Positions 18,760 to 27,136 are shown, numbered from the stretch's first letter. The stretch: 64,000 nucleotides of DNA from Vulcanimicrobiota bacterium (GCA_963812155.1 CAWETW010000004.1:128001-192000), one strand, 5' to 3'. Notes: generated from the sequence alone by a model not told the origin. Program-made: numbers and translations.

Positions 18760-20229
18760 TTAGAAGAGGTTCCAGAGATACTGGTTGTAGACTTCGTGAT
18801 GGTATTGCACTTCTTGCGCCTTTACGAAGCTCCCGAGTAGGCGCGGGCAGCGATCGGCGCTGGCCTGTTTGAGGTCGGCGTAGCGCGCTTTGACGTCGTG
18901 GCCGAGCATTTCCGTCGTCCACTTCGAGTTGCGAAAATCGGCGAGCGCATCGTAAATGTTGTCGGGCAGGTAGTGCTCGGCTTGGCGAAGGTTGGCGTCG
19001 TCGCTGATGCTTCCGTGCAAACCGGTCTTGAAAACGGCGAGCATCACCATGTACGGATTGGCGTCGGGCGCGACCGATCGAAGTTCCACACGCGAACTGC
19101 GCTCGTTGCCGATCGGAACGCGCACCATCGAGCCGCGATCGACGGCCGAAGCCTTGATTTGATTCGGCGCTTCGAAGTGCGGGTCGAGCCGGCGGTACGA
19201 GTTCACGCTCGAGTTCAGCATGAGGCACACGTCGGGACCGTGCGTCAGAATCCGGTCGACGAACTGCCATGCAAACGGTGAAAGCCGCTCGGTGCCTTGC
19301 GGATCCCAAAAGAGATTCTTGCCGTCTTTGCTCACCGAGACGTTGGTGTGCATCCCGCTGCCGTTCACGCCGACCACCGGCTTAGGCAAGAAACTTGCCG
19401 TCATGCCGAGGCGCGTTGCGACCTGACGGCAGATCAGTTTGTAGAGTTGAATCTGATCGGCGGCCGCGACGACTTCGCCGTAACCGTAGTTGATCTCGAA
19501 CTGCGAGGGCGCGACTTCGGGATGATCCTTTTCGTTTTGAAAGCCCATCGCGCGCTGCACTTCGGCGACCGAGTCGATGAACGTCCGCAACGGATCGCCG
19601 GGCAACGAGTGGTAGTAGCCTCCGGTGTTGACGTATTCGAATCTGCCCGTTTCGTGGTAGCGCCGTTCGGCGTCGAGTCCTTGGAAGAGAAAGCCTTCGA
19701 TTTCGTTGGCGGCGTTGAGCGTGAGACCGTCGGCCGCGTAACAGTCGTTCGAGAGTTTTTTGAGCGCGCCCCGGATGTCGCCGGCAAACGGCGCACCGTC
19801 GCGATCGAGCACGTCGGCGAAGACGAGCACCTTCCCCGGACCGAAGATATCGGCCGGCCCCCAGTAAAAAGCGCTCCAATCGAGCGCCAAGCGGAGATCG
19901 CTTTCACGCTGCGGCGTAAAGCCGCGTATCGAGGATCCGTCGAAGGTGAGATTATCGTGCGCGCCGAGCAAGAATTTCTTGTCGTAGTCGAGCATGTGCA
20001 GGCGCCCTTCGAGATCGCTGAAGAGCACGGTCACCGCTTTGATGCGCTTTTCGCCGGAGAGATAGCCAAGGCGCTCCTCGGCCAGCTGATGCGCCGCCGC
20101 GCGATCCTTGCGCTGACGCTTCACGCCAAGGTTGAAGTCCTCGAGTTCGGAGTACGTCAGGGCGAGAAAATCGCGAAGATCGGTGGGATTGTGTGGTTGC
20201 ATTCTCGTCGTCATCCTCGTTCGTTGCAT
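18760..20229 (-). CDS. glnA: Glutamine synthetase type I family (start 20229, 20214 or 20202)
   Basis: FDGSSI, EIEGF, HPEVAPSQFEI, PKP..GVNGSGMHTN, NSYRRL, RVELRS, ANPY. Confidence 0.93.
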   Translation of the reverse strand: MQRTRMTTRMQPHNPTDLRDFLALTYSELEDFNLGVKRQRKDRAAAHQLAEERLGYLSGEKRIKAVTVLFSDLEGRLHMLDYDKKFLLGAHDNLTFDGSSIRGFTPQRESDLRLALDWSAFYWGPADIFGPGKVLVFADVLDRDGAPFAGDIRGALKKLSNDCYAADGLTLNAANEIEGFLFQGLDAERRYHETGRFEYVNTGGYYHSLPGDPLRTFIDSVAEVQRAMGFQNEKDHPEVAPSQFEINYGYGEVVAAADQIQLYKLICRQVATRLGMTASFLPKPVVGVNGSGMHTNVSVSKDGKNLFWDPQGTERLSPFAWQFVDRILTHGPDVCLMLNSSVNSYRRLDPHFEAPNQIKASAVDRGSMVRVPIGNERSSRVELRSVAPDANPYMVMLAVFKTGLHGSISDDANLRQAEHYLPDNIYDALADFRNSKWTTEMLGHDVKARYADLKQASADRCPRLLGSFVKAQEVQYHHEVYNQYLWNLF

Positions 20230-20319
20230 CCTCCAAGCCGGTGCGGGTTACTCACGCGATTTGGAAGCACGCGGACAAGCGCCTTTGTCCATCGGTGACG
20301 CCGAATCTGTGGTTTTGGC

Positions 20320-20365
20320 TAAGGAAGGCTCGGTTTAGTCCAACTCGTCTTCGGCTCGCGCCTCA
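20320..20365. repeat. Palindromic element family A, half copy (inverted)
   Basis: Reverse complement TGAGGCGCGAGCCGAAGACGAGTTGGACTAAACCGAG matches the 3' half of 13189-13287. Confidence 0.7.
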
Positions 20366-20995
20366 GATACCGAACGACGGATAGACGCCGTGTATTCCCG
20401 TAATGATGAGTTCGATGGCGATGGCGAGGATGAGGAAGCCCAAGATGCGATCGATCGCGCCCAAGACGCCCGGGCCCATGCGTCTGGCCAGCGGCCCGCC
20501 GACTCGCAGCAGCACGTAGACGAGCACGCCCATTGCAACAATCGCGCTCACGATGCCGATCATCCAGGTCGCCGGATCGGGGCGCGCCGCCAGCGCCATG
20601 ACCACCCCGATCGCCCCGGGACCGGCAAGCATCGGCATTGCCATCGGGCTGAACGCGATATCTTGCTTCTCGCCGGCCTCGGCGTTCTCGGCAGCCGTCA
20701 AACGGCTGGACGCCGTCACCATCGTCCATGCGGTGTGCGCGACGATCAGGCCGCCGGCGATGCGCAATGCGGCGAGCGAAATCCCAAAGAACTCGAGAAC
20801 GAAGGAGCCGGCAAGCGCGAACGCCACGAGGATCGCGATCACGAAGAGTGCGACCCGCAGGGCCGTGGAGTTGCGCTCGGCTTCGCTGTCGCCGCTGGTG
20901 AGGGCAAAGAATACCGCAAGTCCGCCGATCGGGTTCACGATCGGAAAGAGGGCGGCGAACGCGGTAATCGCCGCGCTCGCGACGGCGGGAAGCAT
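20363..20995 (-). CDS. MarC family membrane protein
   Basis: LFPIVNPIG, FFGISL.ALRIAGG, PMAMPMLAGPGAI, RILGFLILAIAIE. Confidence 0.92.
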   Translation of the reverse strand: MLPAVASAAITAFAALFPIVNPIGGLAVFFALTSGDSEAERNSTALRVALFVIAILVAFALAGSFVLEFFGISLAALRIAGGLIVAHTAWTMVTASSRLTAAENAEAGEKQDIAFSPMAMPMLAGPGAIGVVMALAARPDPATWMIGIVSAIVAMGVLVYVLLRVGGPLARRMGPGVLGAIDRILGFLILAIAIELIITGIHGVYPSFGI

Positions 20996-21074
20996 TGCGG
21001 CGCGGTACGGGTTCGCGGTTGGCCCGACCTTCCTCGGGTCACGCGCGACGCCGCTCCTTCGCTCTTTTCATTCA

Positions 21075-21100
21075 TAGGAACCCGCCGGAAAACCGTCTAA
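21075..21100 (+). promoter_or_regulatory. Putative ECF-sigma promoter (TAGGAAC-N13-GTCTAA)
   Basis: Matches the motif at 8909-8933; lies upstream of a GGAGG RBS. Confidence 0.45.
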
Positions 21101-21125
21101 ACGCCACTGCCCTGGAGGGCCCGAC

Positions 21126-21548
21126 GTGAACGCAATGTCCCGCCGTTTCGTCACCGTTTCCGCCACGATGCTGACGTGCGTGGCGCTGCTTACGGCCCGC
21201 GCTCCAGCGGAGATTCTGATCGCGGTGGGCGACAGCGTGACGGTCGCCAACGAACCCGTGAGCGACTGTAACGCGAAGGCCAAGACGGCCCTCGGCAGCG
21301 TCCTTCAGAACGCCGGCGACAACGGCGCAGGCGTGTGGCTCGCGTACGGGCCGTCCGACGCTTCGGGACACTCGTCGGCCACCGCCGCCATTCATTGCTA
21401 CCCGCTCGACAACGGCTACAACGTGAGCTTCACGTGCGCCGTCGAAGTGCCGCCCAATCCCGACACGGCCACGACGCTGTGCACGAAACTCGCTGCGGCA
21501 TTCCCGTCTCTGAAAGCCGCCCTCGTGACGGGTCAGAGCGGACGATGA
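21126..21548 (+). CDS. Secreted Cys-containing hypothetical protein
   Basis: Signal peptide; four Cys in the mature part; paralogous to the next gene. Confidence 0.75.
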   Translation: MNAMSRRFVTVSATMLTCVALLTARAPAEILIAVGDSVTVANEPVSDCNAKAKTALGSVLQNAGDNGAGVWLAYGPSDASGHSSATAAIHCYPLDNGYNVSFTCAVEVPPNPDTATTLCTKLAAAFPSLKAALVTGQSGR

Positions 21549-22213
21549 GGGCGTCGATGCAACGCATTCGCTTCACCGTCGCGTACGCGCTGGTCGCCGT
21601 CGCGGCGCTCGCGTTTGGATCGCCTGCGCCCGCCGCCGTGCAAATGTCGACCGGCATCCGGTACGTGATTCCAACCGGTACCGTCGCCAACTGCAGCGAC
21701 AAGGCCAAGACCGCACTCGGCGCTTACCTTCAGAATCCCGTTGAGAAGACGGCCGGCGGTGGCGAATGGTCGGCAACCGGACCGATCGGCGTCACTGGAC
21801 CGGTCACGGCCGGCGCCGTCGTACGCTGCCTGGCAGCCGCGAAGGGTTACGCCGTAACGTTTACGTGCGTGGTGCAGATTCCGGGAAATCCCTACGATGC
21901 CGACGCGCTCTGCCTCGACATCGCGCACAACTTTTCTGGCAAGCCGGTGAAGCCGCTGCCCACGCCTTCGCCGTTGCCGACCGGCTGCACGCCGGCGAAT
22001 CTCGTCGGCACGTGGACGTCCGACGACAAGCCCGGCCTGACGTTACAAATGGACGTCAACGGCGGTCTCACCGATAGCGACGGCGTCTCCGGCAACTGGA
22101 ACCTGTACGGAAGTACTGCATCGCTTACGTACTACGGCACGCATTCAATGACGCTTTCGCCGGATGGAAAACATTTGCGCGGCAGCGGCTACAACTTCAC
22201 CCGCAAGTGCTAA
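21545..22213 (+). CDS. Secreted Cys-containing hypothetical protein, paralog with extra C-terminal beta domain
   Basis: ATGA overlap; C.DKAKTALG..LQN...C....GY.V.FTC.V..P.NP..A..LC shared with 21126-21548. Confidence 0.75.
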   Translation: MRASMQRIRFTVAYALVAVAALAFGSPAPAAVQMSTGIRYVIPTGTVANCSDKAKTALGAYLQNPVEKTAGGGEWSATGPIGVTGPVTAGAVVRCLAAAKGYAVTFTCVVQIPGNPYDADALCLDIAHNFSGKPVKPLPTPSPLPTGCTPANLVGTWTSDDKPGLTLQMDVNGGLTDSDGVSGNWNLYGSTASLTYYGTHSMTLSPDGKHLRGSGYNFTRKC

Positions 22214-22314
22214 AAAGCGCTGATTTTTTGCAAATCTAGGAAGCGACGAACGAAGTTTACTACGGTAAACGAGTTCCGAGCTGACGACGAGTTGCGATAA
22301 ATCAGCGCTTTTTA
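22211..22314. repeat. Palindromic intergenic element family A, copy 2
   Basis: TAAAAAGCGCTGATT.../...AATCAGCGCTTTTTA terminal IR; conserved core with copy 1. Confidence 0.85.
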
Positions 22315-23004
22315 GGTTCCGTAGCGTCTTTGGCGGAGGGCAAAGGCGTCCAATGCGGTTTGCAGGTGCGTTTCGTTGAAGTCGGGCCAATAGATCGGCG
22401 TGGCCCAAAACTCGGCATAGGCCGATTGAAAAAGCAAGAAATTCGATAGCCGAAGTTCGCCGCCCGTGCGAATCACCAAATCGGGATCGGGCAGGCCCGC
22501 GGTATACAGGCGGCTGCCGACGGCGTGTTCGTCGATGGAATCGGCATCGCGCAATCCGCTGCTCACTTCCCGCGCGAGCGCGCGCACGGCGTCACCGATT
22601 TCGCTGCGCCCGCCATAGTCGATCGCCAGGTTGAGCGTCACCCCGTCGTTGCGCTCGCTTTCGTTCACGAGCGCGTCCAGCGCCGTGCGCGTGCGCGGTG
22701 GAAGACGGTCGTTACGGCCGCACAGCCGCACGCGAACGCCTTCACGTGCGAGCGCGCGCAGTTCGCCGACGGCGGCGCGCGCGCACAGGTCCATGAGCAG
22801 ACTCACTTCGGCTTGCGGACGGTTCCAGTTCTCTTCCGAGAAGGCGAAGGCGGTGACGACGCGTATCTGGGCGCGGCGCGCCGCGCGCAGCGTTTTCCGC
22901 AGCGCGCGAATGCCGCGCTTGTAGCCGTAGGCAATCGGCAGGCCGCGCTGCGTTGCCCAGCGGCGGTTGCCGTCCATGACGATCGCGACGTGGCGCGGCG
23001 TCAC
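22312..23004 (-). CDS. uppS: cis-prenyltransferase (undecaprenyl diphosphate synthase family)
   Basis: PRHVAIVMDGNRRWA, FAFSEENWNRP, YGGRSEI, PDLVIRTGGELRLSNFLLFQSAYAE, WPDF. Confidence 0.95.
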   Translation of the reverse strand: MTPRHVAIVMDGNRRWATQRGLPIAYGYKRGIRALRKTLRAARRAQIRVVTAFAFSEENWNRPQAEVSLLMDLCARAAVGELRALAREGVRVRLCGRNDRLPPRTRTALDALVNESERNDGVTLNLAIDYGGRSEIGDAVRALAREVSSGLRDADSIDEHAVGSRLYTAGLPDPDLVIRTGGELRLSNFLLFQSAYAEFWATPIYWPDFNETHLQTALDAFALRQRRYGT

Positions 23005-23360
23005 GTCGTCGCCAGCTTGCGGGCGGACGGTGCATCGGCACGCTCGTGCACGTCGCGGACGACGGATTCCAGTTCGTCGACGTAGGCGAGAAAACGCTTG
23101 CGTCCCCGTTTGGTGATGCGATAGAGCGTTACCGGGCGTCCCGAACCGCGCAGCTTCTCGGTGGTCACGATACCGAGATCGGCAAGCGCGTGCACGTGGC
23201 GATTAAGATTGCCGTCGGTGAGATCGCAGGCGGCTTGCAGATCGGTGAACGTCAGTCCATCGGAGTGCGCGATCAAACACGTGCAGATGGCCAGCCGCCC
23301 TCGTTCGTGGAAGATGCGCTCCAGCCCGGGGTAGGCGAAAGGCGCTTCGCGCTCGTTCAT
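23001..23360 (-). CDS. Winged-helix transcriptional regulator (HTH_34/ArsR-MarR-like)
   Basis: IFHERGRLAI, LTFTDL...CDLTDGNLNRH, T.Y.IT..GR..F..Y. Confidence 0.85.
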   Translation of the reverse strand: MNEREAPFAYPGLERIFHERGRLAICTCLIAHSDGLTFTDLQAACDLTDGNLNRHVHALADLGIVTTEKLRGSGRPVTLYRITKRGRKRFLAYVDELESVVRDVHERADAPSARKLATT

Positions 23361-23956
23361 GACGCGCGCTGCCGCCAAATGAGGGTGCCGATCGCGATTT
23401 GCCCGATGCCGAAGCCGAGCGGCATCACCCACCATGCGAGCGAGTACTCCGAGAACCGCGTCACGAGAAAAATCAGCGCCAGCGCCGAGAAGGCTAACGT
23501 TACGGAAAGCGTCGCCGCCGGGATCGCGCCGCGCGAAGCAAACAAACCGAGCGCGTATACCGCGAACCACATTCCGGGAAGCAAGACGTAGGCTTGATGG
23601 TCGAGGAGCGCAACCGTGAGCGCGCCGCCCAGCGCCACGCTCGGTGCGATTGAGCGGGCCGCCGTGCGGAACTGGCTCTGTACCCCCGGTCCGCGGTGCT
23701 TCATCATCCAGACCGCGACGGCGCCGTAATTGAGGGCGAGGGCGACCGCCAGGCACGACATCCAGATCGTCACGTAGGCGTGCAGCGCTTCGGGCGTAGC
23801 CGGCAGCGGAGCGACGGTGAACTGCACGTATCCGGCGATCAAGGCGGCAAGACCGCTGGCGAAGGCCGCCGGCCCCGAGTACCCTTCGAAGCGTTGCACG
23901 TGAGCCAGCCGATCCCGGACCTCGGCCAAATCCGACAGCGCCTGCTGCAAGTCCAT
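23357..23956 (-). CDS. Six-TM membrane protein
   Basis: Hydrophobic segments; translationally coupled to the regulator and uppS. Confidence 0.8.
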   Translation of the reverse strand: MDLQQALSDLAEVRDRLAHVQRFEGYSGPAAFASGLAALIAGYVQFTVAPLPATPEALHAYVTIWMSCLAVALALNYGAVAVWMMKHRGPGVQSQFRTAARSIAPSVALGGALTVALLDHQAYVLLPGMWFAVYALGLFASRGAIPAATLSVTLAFSALALIFLVTRFSEYSLAWWVMPLGFGIGQIAIGTLIWRQRAS

Positions 23957-23968
23957 CCTTATCCTTTG

Positions 23969-24006
23969 CTTTGCATCACAAAGCCTTTATTCTTTGTATC
24001 ACAGAG
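23969..24006. promoter_or_regulatory. Tandem palindromic operators CTTTG-N5-CA(A/G)AG
   Basis: CTTTGCATCACAAAG (23969-23983) and CTTTGTATCACAGAG (23992-24006) directly upstream of the operon. Confidence 0.7.
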
Positions 24007-24036
24007 TAAAGCTGATGGCAAGCGGGTGCTCCGCAA

Positions 24037-24447
24037 TTAGCAAGCGAGGCAACGGATGTGCCGGGTGGCGCGGGCGTATTCGTGCAGTTGCCGGTCGCGC
24101 GTCATCAGCTTGGCCCCAAGAGACGCTGCCGTCGAGACCAGGATTCGATCTGCCGGATCGGCGTGCAGACGCCCGGGAAGGGTCGTCGCGCCGGCGGCAG
24201 TTGCGGGCGTGAGGGTGGCCGTCACGACGCCCCGGCGGCCGAAAAGTGCGCGCACGTAATCCGCGACGGGCATAGCCAGCGCGAGCCTGCCCGTTTTGAC
24301 GAGCACTCCAATCTCCCACGCACTAATAGGCGAGAGCAACAACTCATTTCGCGAAGCGGCATCGTCGATAGCCGCGGTCACGGACTTCGAGAGCCGGCCT
24401 TCAACGGCCCAGACCGCAGCGTGGGTATCAAGCAAAATTGGGTTCAT
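24037..24447 (-). CDS. vapC: VapC-family PIN toxin
   Basis: ILLDTHAAVW, SPISAWEI, HADPADRILV, LMTRD. Confidence 0.9.
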   Translation of the reverse strand: MNPILLDTHAAVWAVEGRLSKSVTAAIDDAASRNELLLSPISAWEIGVLVKTGRLALAMPVADYVRALFGRRGVVTATLTPATAAGATTLPGRLHADPADRILVSTAASLGAKLMTRDRQLHEYARATRHIRCLAC

Positions 24448-24727
24448 CTGCCTCCCACTCGACACCGGTCGGCGAGATCAGGTCACCGGCTTTAACGATG
24501 ACCCCGCTCAACGAACCACAGAACGCTTCGGCATCCGAAATGGGCAGGAGCCGCGCTACCGGCCGTCTGTGTTTTGTAATAACGATTTCGGCGCCCAATC
24601 GCTCGACCTCGTCCATGATTTCGAGACAGCGCGCCTTGAATTCGGCGGCCCCGACTTCGCGAGACCGCAGCATCAGCAACGATACCGGGTTTTCCGATTT
24701 TTTCGACCCTTTTTTATTTGTGGTCAT
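24428..24727 (-). CDS. Phd/YefM-family antitoxin
   Basis: VGAAEFKARCLEIMDEV....EIVITKHRRPVARLLP; overlaps vapC. Confidence 0.9.
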   Translation of the reverse strand: MTTNKKGSKKSENPVSLLMLRSREVGAAEFKARCLEIMDEVERLGAEIVITKHRRPVARLLPISDAEAFCGSLSGVIVKAGDLISPTGVEWEADEPNFA

Positions 24728-24796
24728 ATGTTATTACCACTATATCAAGGCCAGATTTTGTCCGTCGACCGGCCCGCGGCGCCGGCCCGGCGCCTG

Positions 24797-24825
24797 TTGC
24801 ATCGCCGCTGGCCGTATGCTATAGT
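24797..24825 (+). promoter_or_regulatory. Sigma70-type promoter
   Basis: TTGCAT-17 bp-TATAGT with extended -10 TG. Confidence 0.8.
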
Positions 24826-24837
24826 GGCGCTCACATT

Positions 24838-24912
24838 ATGTTGAACCTGGTGTCCGCGCAATCGTATTATTATCCGACCGGCTTCCATCGGCTCGGCGTG
24901 CTATTGCGTTAA
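24838..24912 (+). CDS. Attenuator leader peptide MLNLVSAQSYYYPTGFHRLGVLLR
   Basis: 24 codons with TAT-TAT-TAT at 24865-24873; starts just after the promoter and precedes a terminator. Confidence 0.8.
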   Translation: MLNLVSAQSYYYPTGFHRLGVLLR

Positions 24913-24934
24913 CGAAAGACTAAGAGGAACCAGC

Positions 24935-24973
24935 AAAGCCGTCTCGCCGATGCGAGGCGGTTTTTTTGTTTTT
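24935..24973 (+). terminator. Attenuator terminator
   Basis: AAAGCCGTCTCGC-CGAT-GCGAGGCGGTTT followed by TTTTGTTTTT, upstream of the HDO gene RBS (AAGGAG). Confidence 0.9.
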
Positions 24974-24986
24974 GTAAGGAGATTGC

Positions 24987-25760
24987 ATGTCCGCCACAAT
25001 CGATTCCGTTCCGAGCCTCGCCGCCTTCAGGCGATCCGTCGCCGGCTGCATCGAAGGCCATCCGATCGTGCGCGCTAACCGCTACGCGGCGTGGTTCTCG
25101 CGCGGGGACGCGACGCTCGACGAACTGCGGGCCTTCACGGTGCAGTTTTCGGTTTTTAGCCATCTCTTCATTGAGGCACAGCTGCGCAAGTGCATCAACG
25201 CGCCCGACATGCAGAGTTACCGGGCCGGCAAGGAGATTCTCCTCAACGAGTTGGGGGTAGTCTTTGCGCCTTCGGGCAGCATCGAAGGCGGAACGTTTCG
25301 CTTCTCGGCGGGCCACTTCGAATGGCTCGCCCGATTCGCCGAAGCATTGGGCCTCGAGTGGAACGACATCGGAAAGCGTTCGCTCGGAACGCCGGCGACG
25401 CTGGCCTTTTGCGACGCGCTCATGGACTGGTATGGGTCGAGCGATCCGTCGACGGCGGCGGGAGCATCGCACGCGATCGAACACTGGGCTGCCGCAGGAT
25501 TTTGGAAGGAGTTGATCGCCGGTTTACGGCTCGTCAAAGCCCGCTCGTTACCGGACCTTCCGCTCGGCTTTTGGACGTGGCACGATGCGCTGGAAGATCA
25601 ACATGCCGCCCACACCGACGAGGAGCTTTGCGAAGCGTTCAAGAGCCCGGGTTTTTCGCCGGACCGATTCATCGCCTCGGGACGTGCGATGCTCGATGCC
25701 GTAGCGGAGTTCTGGAATGGTCTGGACGAGTCTCGTCTGATGCGATCGACGGCAGCGTAA
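24987..25760 (+). CDS. Heme-oxygenase-like diiron oxidase (PqqC/CADD/TenA superfamily)
   Basis: HP...N.Y..WF..G..T.DELR.F..QF; candidate metal ligands in NELG, GHFEW, AIEHW and WHDALEDQH; FWNGL end. Confidence 0.85.
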   Translation: MSATIDSVPSLAAFRRSVAGCIEGHPIVRANRYAAWFSRGDATLDELRAFTVQFSVFSHLFIEAQLRKCINAPDMQSYRAGKEILLNELGVVFAPSGSIEGGTFRFSAGHFEWLARFAEALGLEWNDIGKRSLGTPATLAFCDALMDWYGSSDPSTAAGASHAIEHWAAAGFWKELIAGLRLVKARSLPDLPLGFWTWHDALEDQHAAHTDEELCEAFKSPGFSPDRFIASGRAMLDAVAEFWNGLDESRLMRSTAA

Positions 25761-25779
25761 GAACGTGAGGGCGGGTGAC

Positions 25780-26145
25780 TTACTCCGGCGGCTGCCACAG
25801 TTCGATGGGATTCCCCTCGGGGTCGTGCAGACGAGCGAAACGTCCAACGTCCGGATAGGACTCCGGGTCATTCACCTCAATTCCCGCCGATCGCAGTTGC
25901 TCGATCGTTTTGTCGAGATCGCGCACTCGAAAGTTCACCATCCAGGCTTTGCGAGTGTCGCCGAAATAGTCGGTCGTTTCGGGAAAAGGCGTGATAAGGG
26001 TCGGTCCGGCCTCTTGTTGCCACACGTCTGTGCCCTCGCTCGTCGGCGTGAGCGGTATCCCTAAGTGCTCGAGGTACCAACGACCTAAGGCTTCCGGATC
26101 GTGAGCTCGGAAGAACAACCCTCCGATCCCGGATACTTTTTCCAT
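25780..26145 (-). CDS. VOC/glyoxalase family protein
   Basis: VSGIGGLFFRAHDP, MVNFRVRDLD, GRFARLHDPEGNPIELWQP. Confidence 0.9.
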   Translation of the reverse strand: MEKVSGIGGLFFRAHDPEALGRWYLEHLGIPLTPTSEGTDVWQQEAGPTLITPFPETTDYFGDTRKAWMVNFRVRDLDKTIEQLRSAGIEVNDPESYPDVGRFARLHDPEGNPIELWQPPE

Positions 26146-26214
26146 ACCATTCTTTCATATTGATGCGGCCGACGCACCTTTACGAAATGAAAAAGCCCGA
26201 GCGAAAATCGCCGG

Positions 26215-26281
26215 CCCTTCGACTGCGCCTGTCCTGAGCGGAGCGTGCGAAGCACGCGTAGTCGAAGGGCTCAGGATGACA
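26215..26281. repeat. Palindromic repeat family B, copy 2 (nested)
   Basis: CCCTTCGACT...AGTCGAAGGG hairpin with GTCCTGAGC/GCTCAGGAT arms; ends GCTCAGGATGACA. Confidence 0.75.
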
Positions 26282-26290
26282 AGTAGAAAG

Positions 26291-26746
26291 CTAAAACGGG
26301 ATCTCGTCGTCGAGTTCGTCGCCGAAACCATCGCCGCCCGGCGATGCGGCCGGCGCTGCGGCGCCGGCGCGTCCGCCGTTGTGACCGCCGTACTCGGCGC
26401 TGTCGTCACCGCCGCCTCCGGCGGAGTCGCGGCGCGAGCCGAGCATCTGCATGTTGTCGATGACGACTTCGGTGGCTTTGCGTTTGTTGCCGTCTTTGTC
26501 GTCATAGGAGCGAATGACGAGGCGCCCCTCGACGAGCGCGTTCATCCCCTTCTTGAGGTACGTGTTGCACGTTTCGCCGAGACGATCCCACGCGACGATG
26601 TCGACGAAGGTCGTCTCCTCTTTGTTGCGCGGATTGTTCACCGCCAGCGTGAATTTCGTGACGCCTTTCCCCGACTGCAAGTAGCGGATCTCCGGGTCGC
26701 GCGTCAAGTTGCCGACCAGAATCACTCGATTGTACGAACCTGCCAT
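26291..26746 (-). CDS. ssb: Single-stranded DNA-binding protein
   Basis: NRVILVGNLTRDPE, VEGRL, acidic DDEIPF tail. Confidence 0.97.
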   Translation of the reverse strand: MAGSYNRVILVGNLTRDPEIRYLQSGKGVTKFTLAVNNPRNKEETTFVDIVAWDRLGETCNTYLKKGMNALVEGRLVIRSYDDKDGNKRKATEVVIDNMQMLGSRRDSAGGGGDDSAEYGGHNGGRAGAAAPAASPGGDGFGDELDDEIPF

Positions 26747-26785
26747 CGCTTTCTCTCTTTCGCTCTTTCGATTATGCCTGCAGGG

Positions 26786-27136
26786 CTAGAACGCTGGGAC
26801 GGGGGCGGGCGGCGTCGCTGCCGCAACGGCAGCCATGTGCGCAATCATCTTCGCATCGAGCTTCACAACGAGGGCGCGCAGGACGTCTTCGTGCAGCTTT
26901 AGCAGGCGCTCGAGTTCTTTCGATCCGGCGCCGTCGCTCTGGAAGTGCATGACGACGTAGTAGCCCTCGCGCACGTCGGCGATCTCGTAGGCGAGCCGCT
27001 TCTTTCCGAGCTTCTCGACGTTGACGACTTCCCCGCGCTGGTTTTTCACGATCTCGGCGATCGCGGCGGCGCGCTCCTCGACCTCGTTTTCCTCGAGGGA
27101 GGGGCGCAGAATATAGGTTACCTCGTAATCGGTCAT
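26786..27136 (-). CDS. rpsF: 30S ribosomal protein S6
   Basis: YEVTYILRP, LGKKRLAYEI, EGYYVV, DVLR. Confidence 0.97.
   Translation of the reverse strand: MTDYEVTYILRPSLEENEVEERAAAIAEIVKNQRGEVVNVEKLGKKRLAYEIADVREGYYVVMHFQSDGAGSKELERLLKLHEDVLRALVVKLDAKMIAHMAAVAAATPPAPVPAF

Noticed and set aside
24987..25760. Direct annotation as PqqC, TenA or CADD pABA synthase
   Set aside because: No pqq or thi neighbours, and only fold-level motif similarity is visible; a specific function cannot be assigned.
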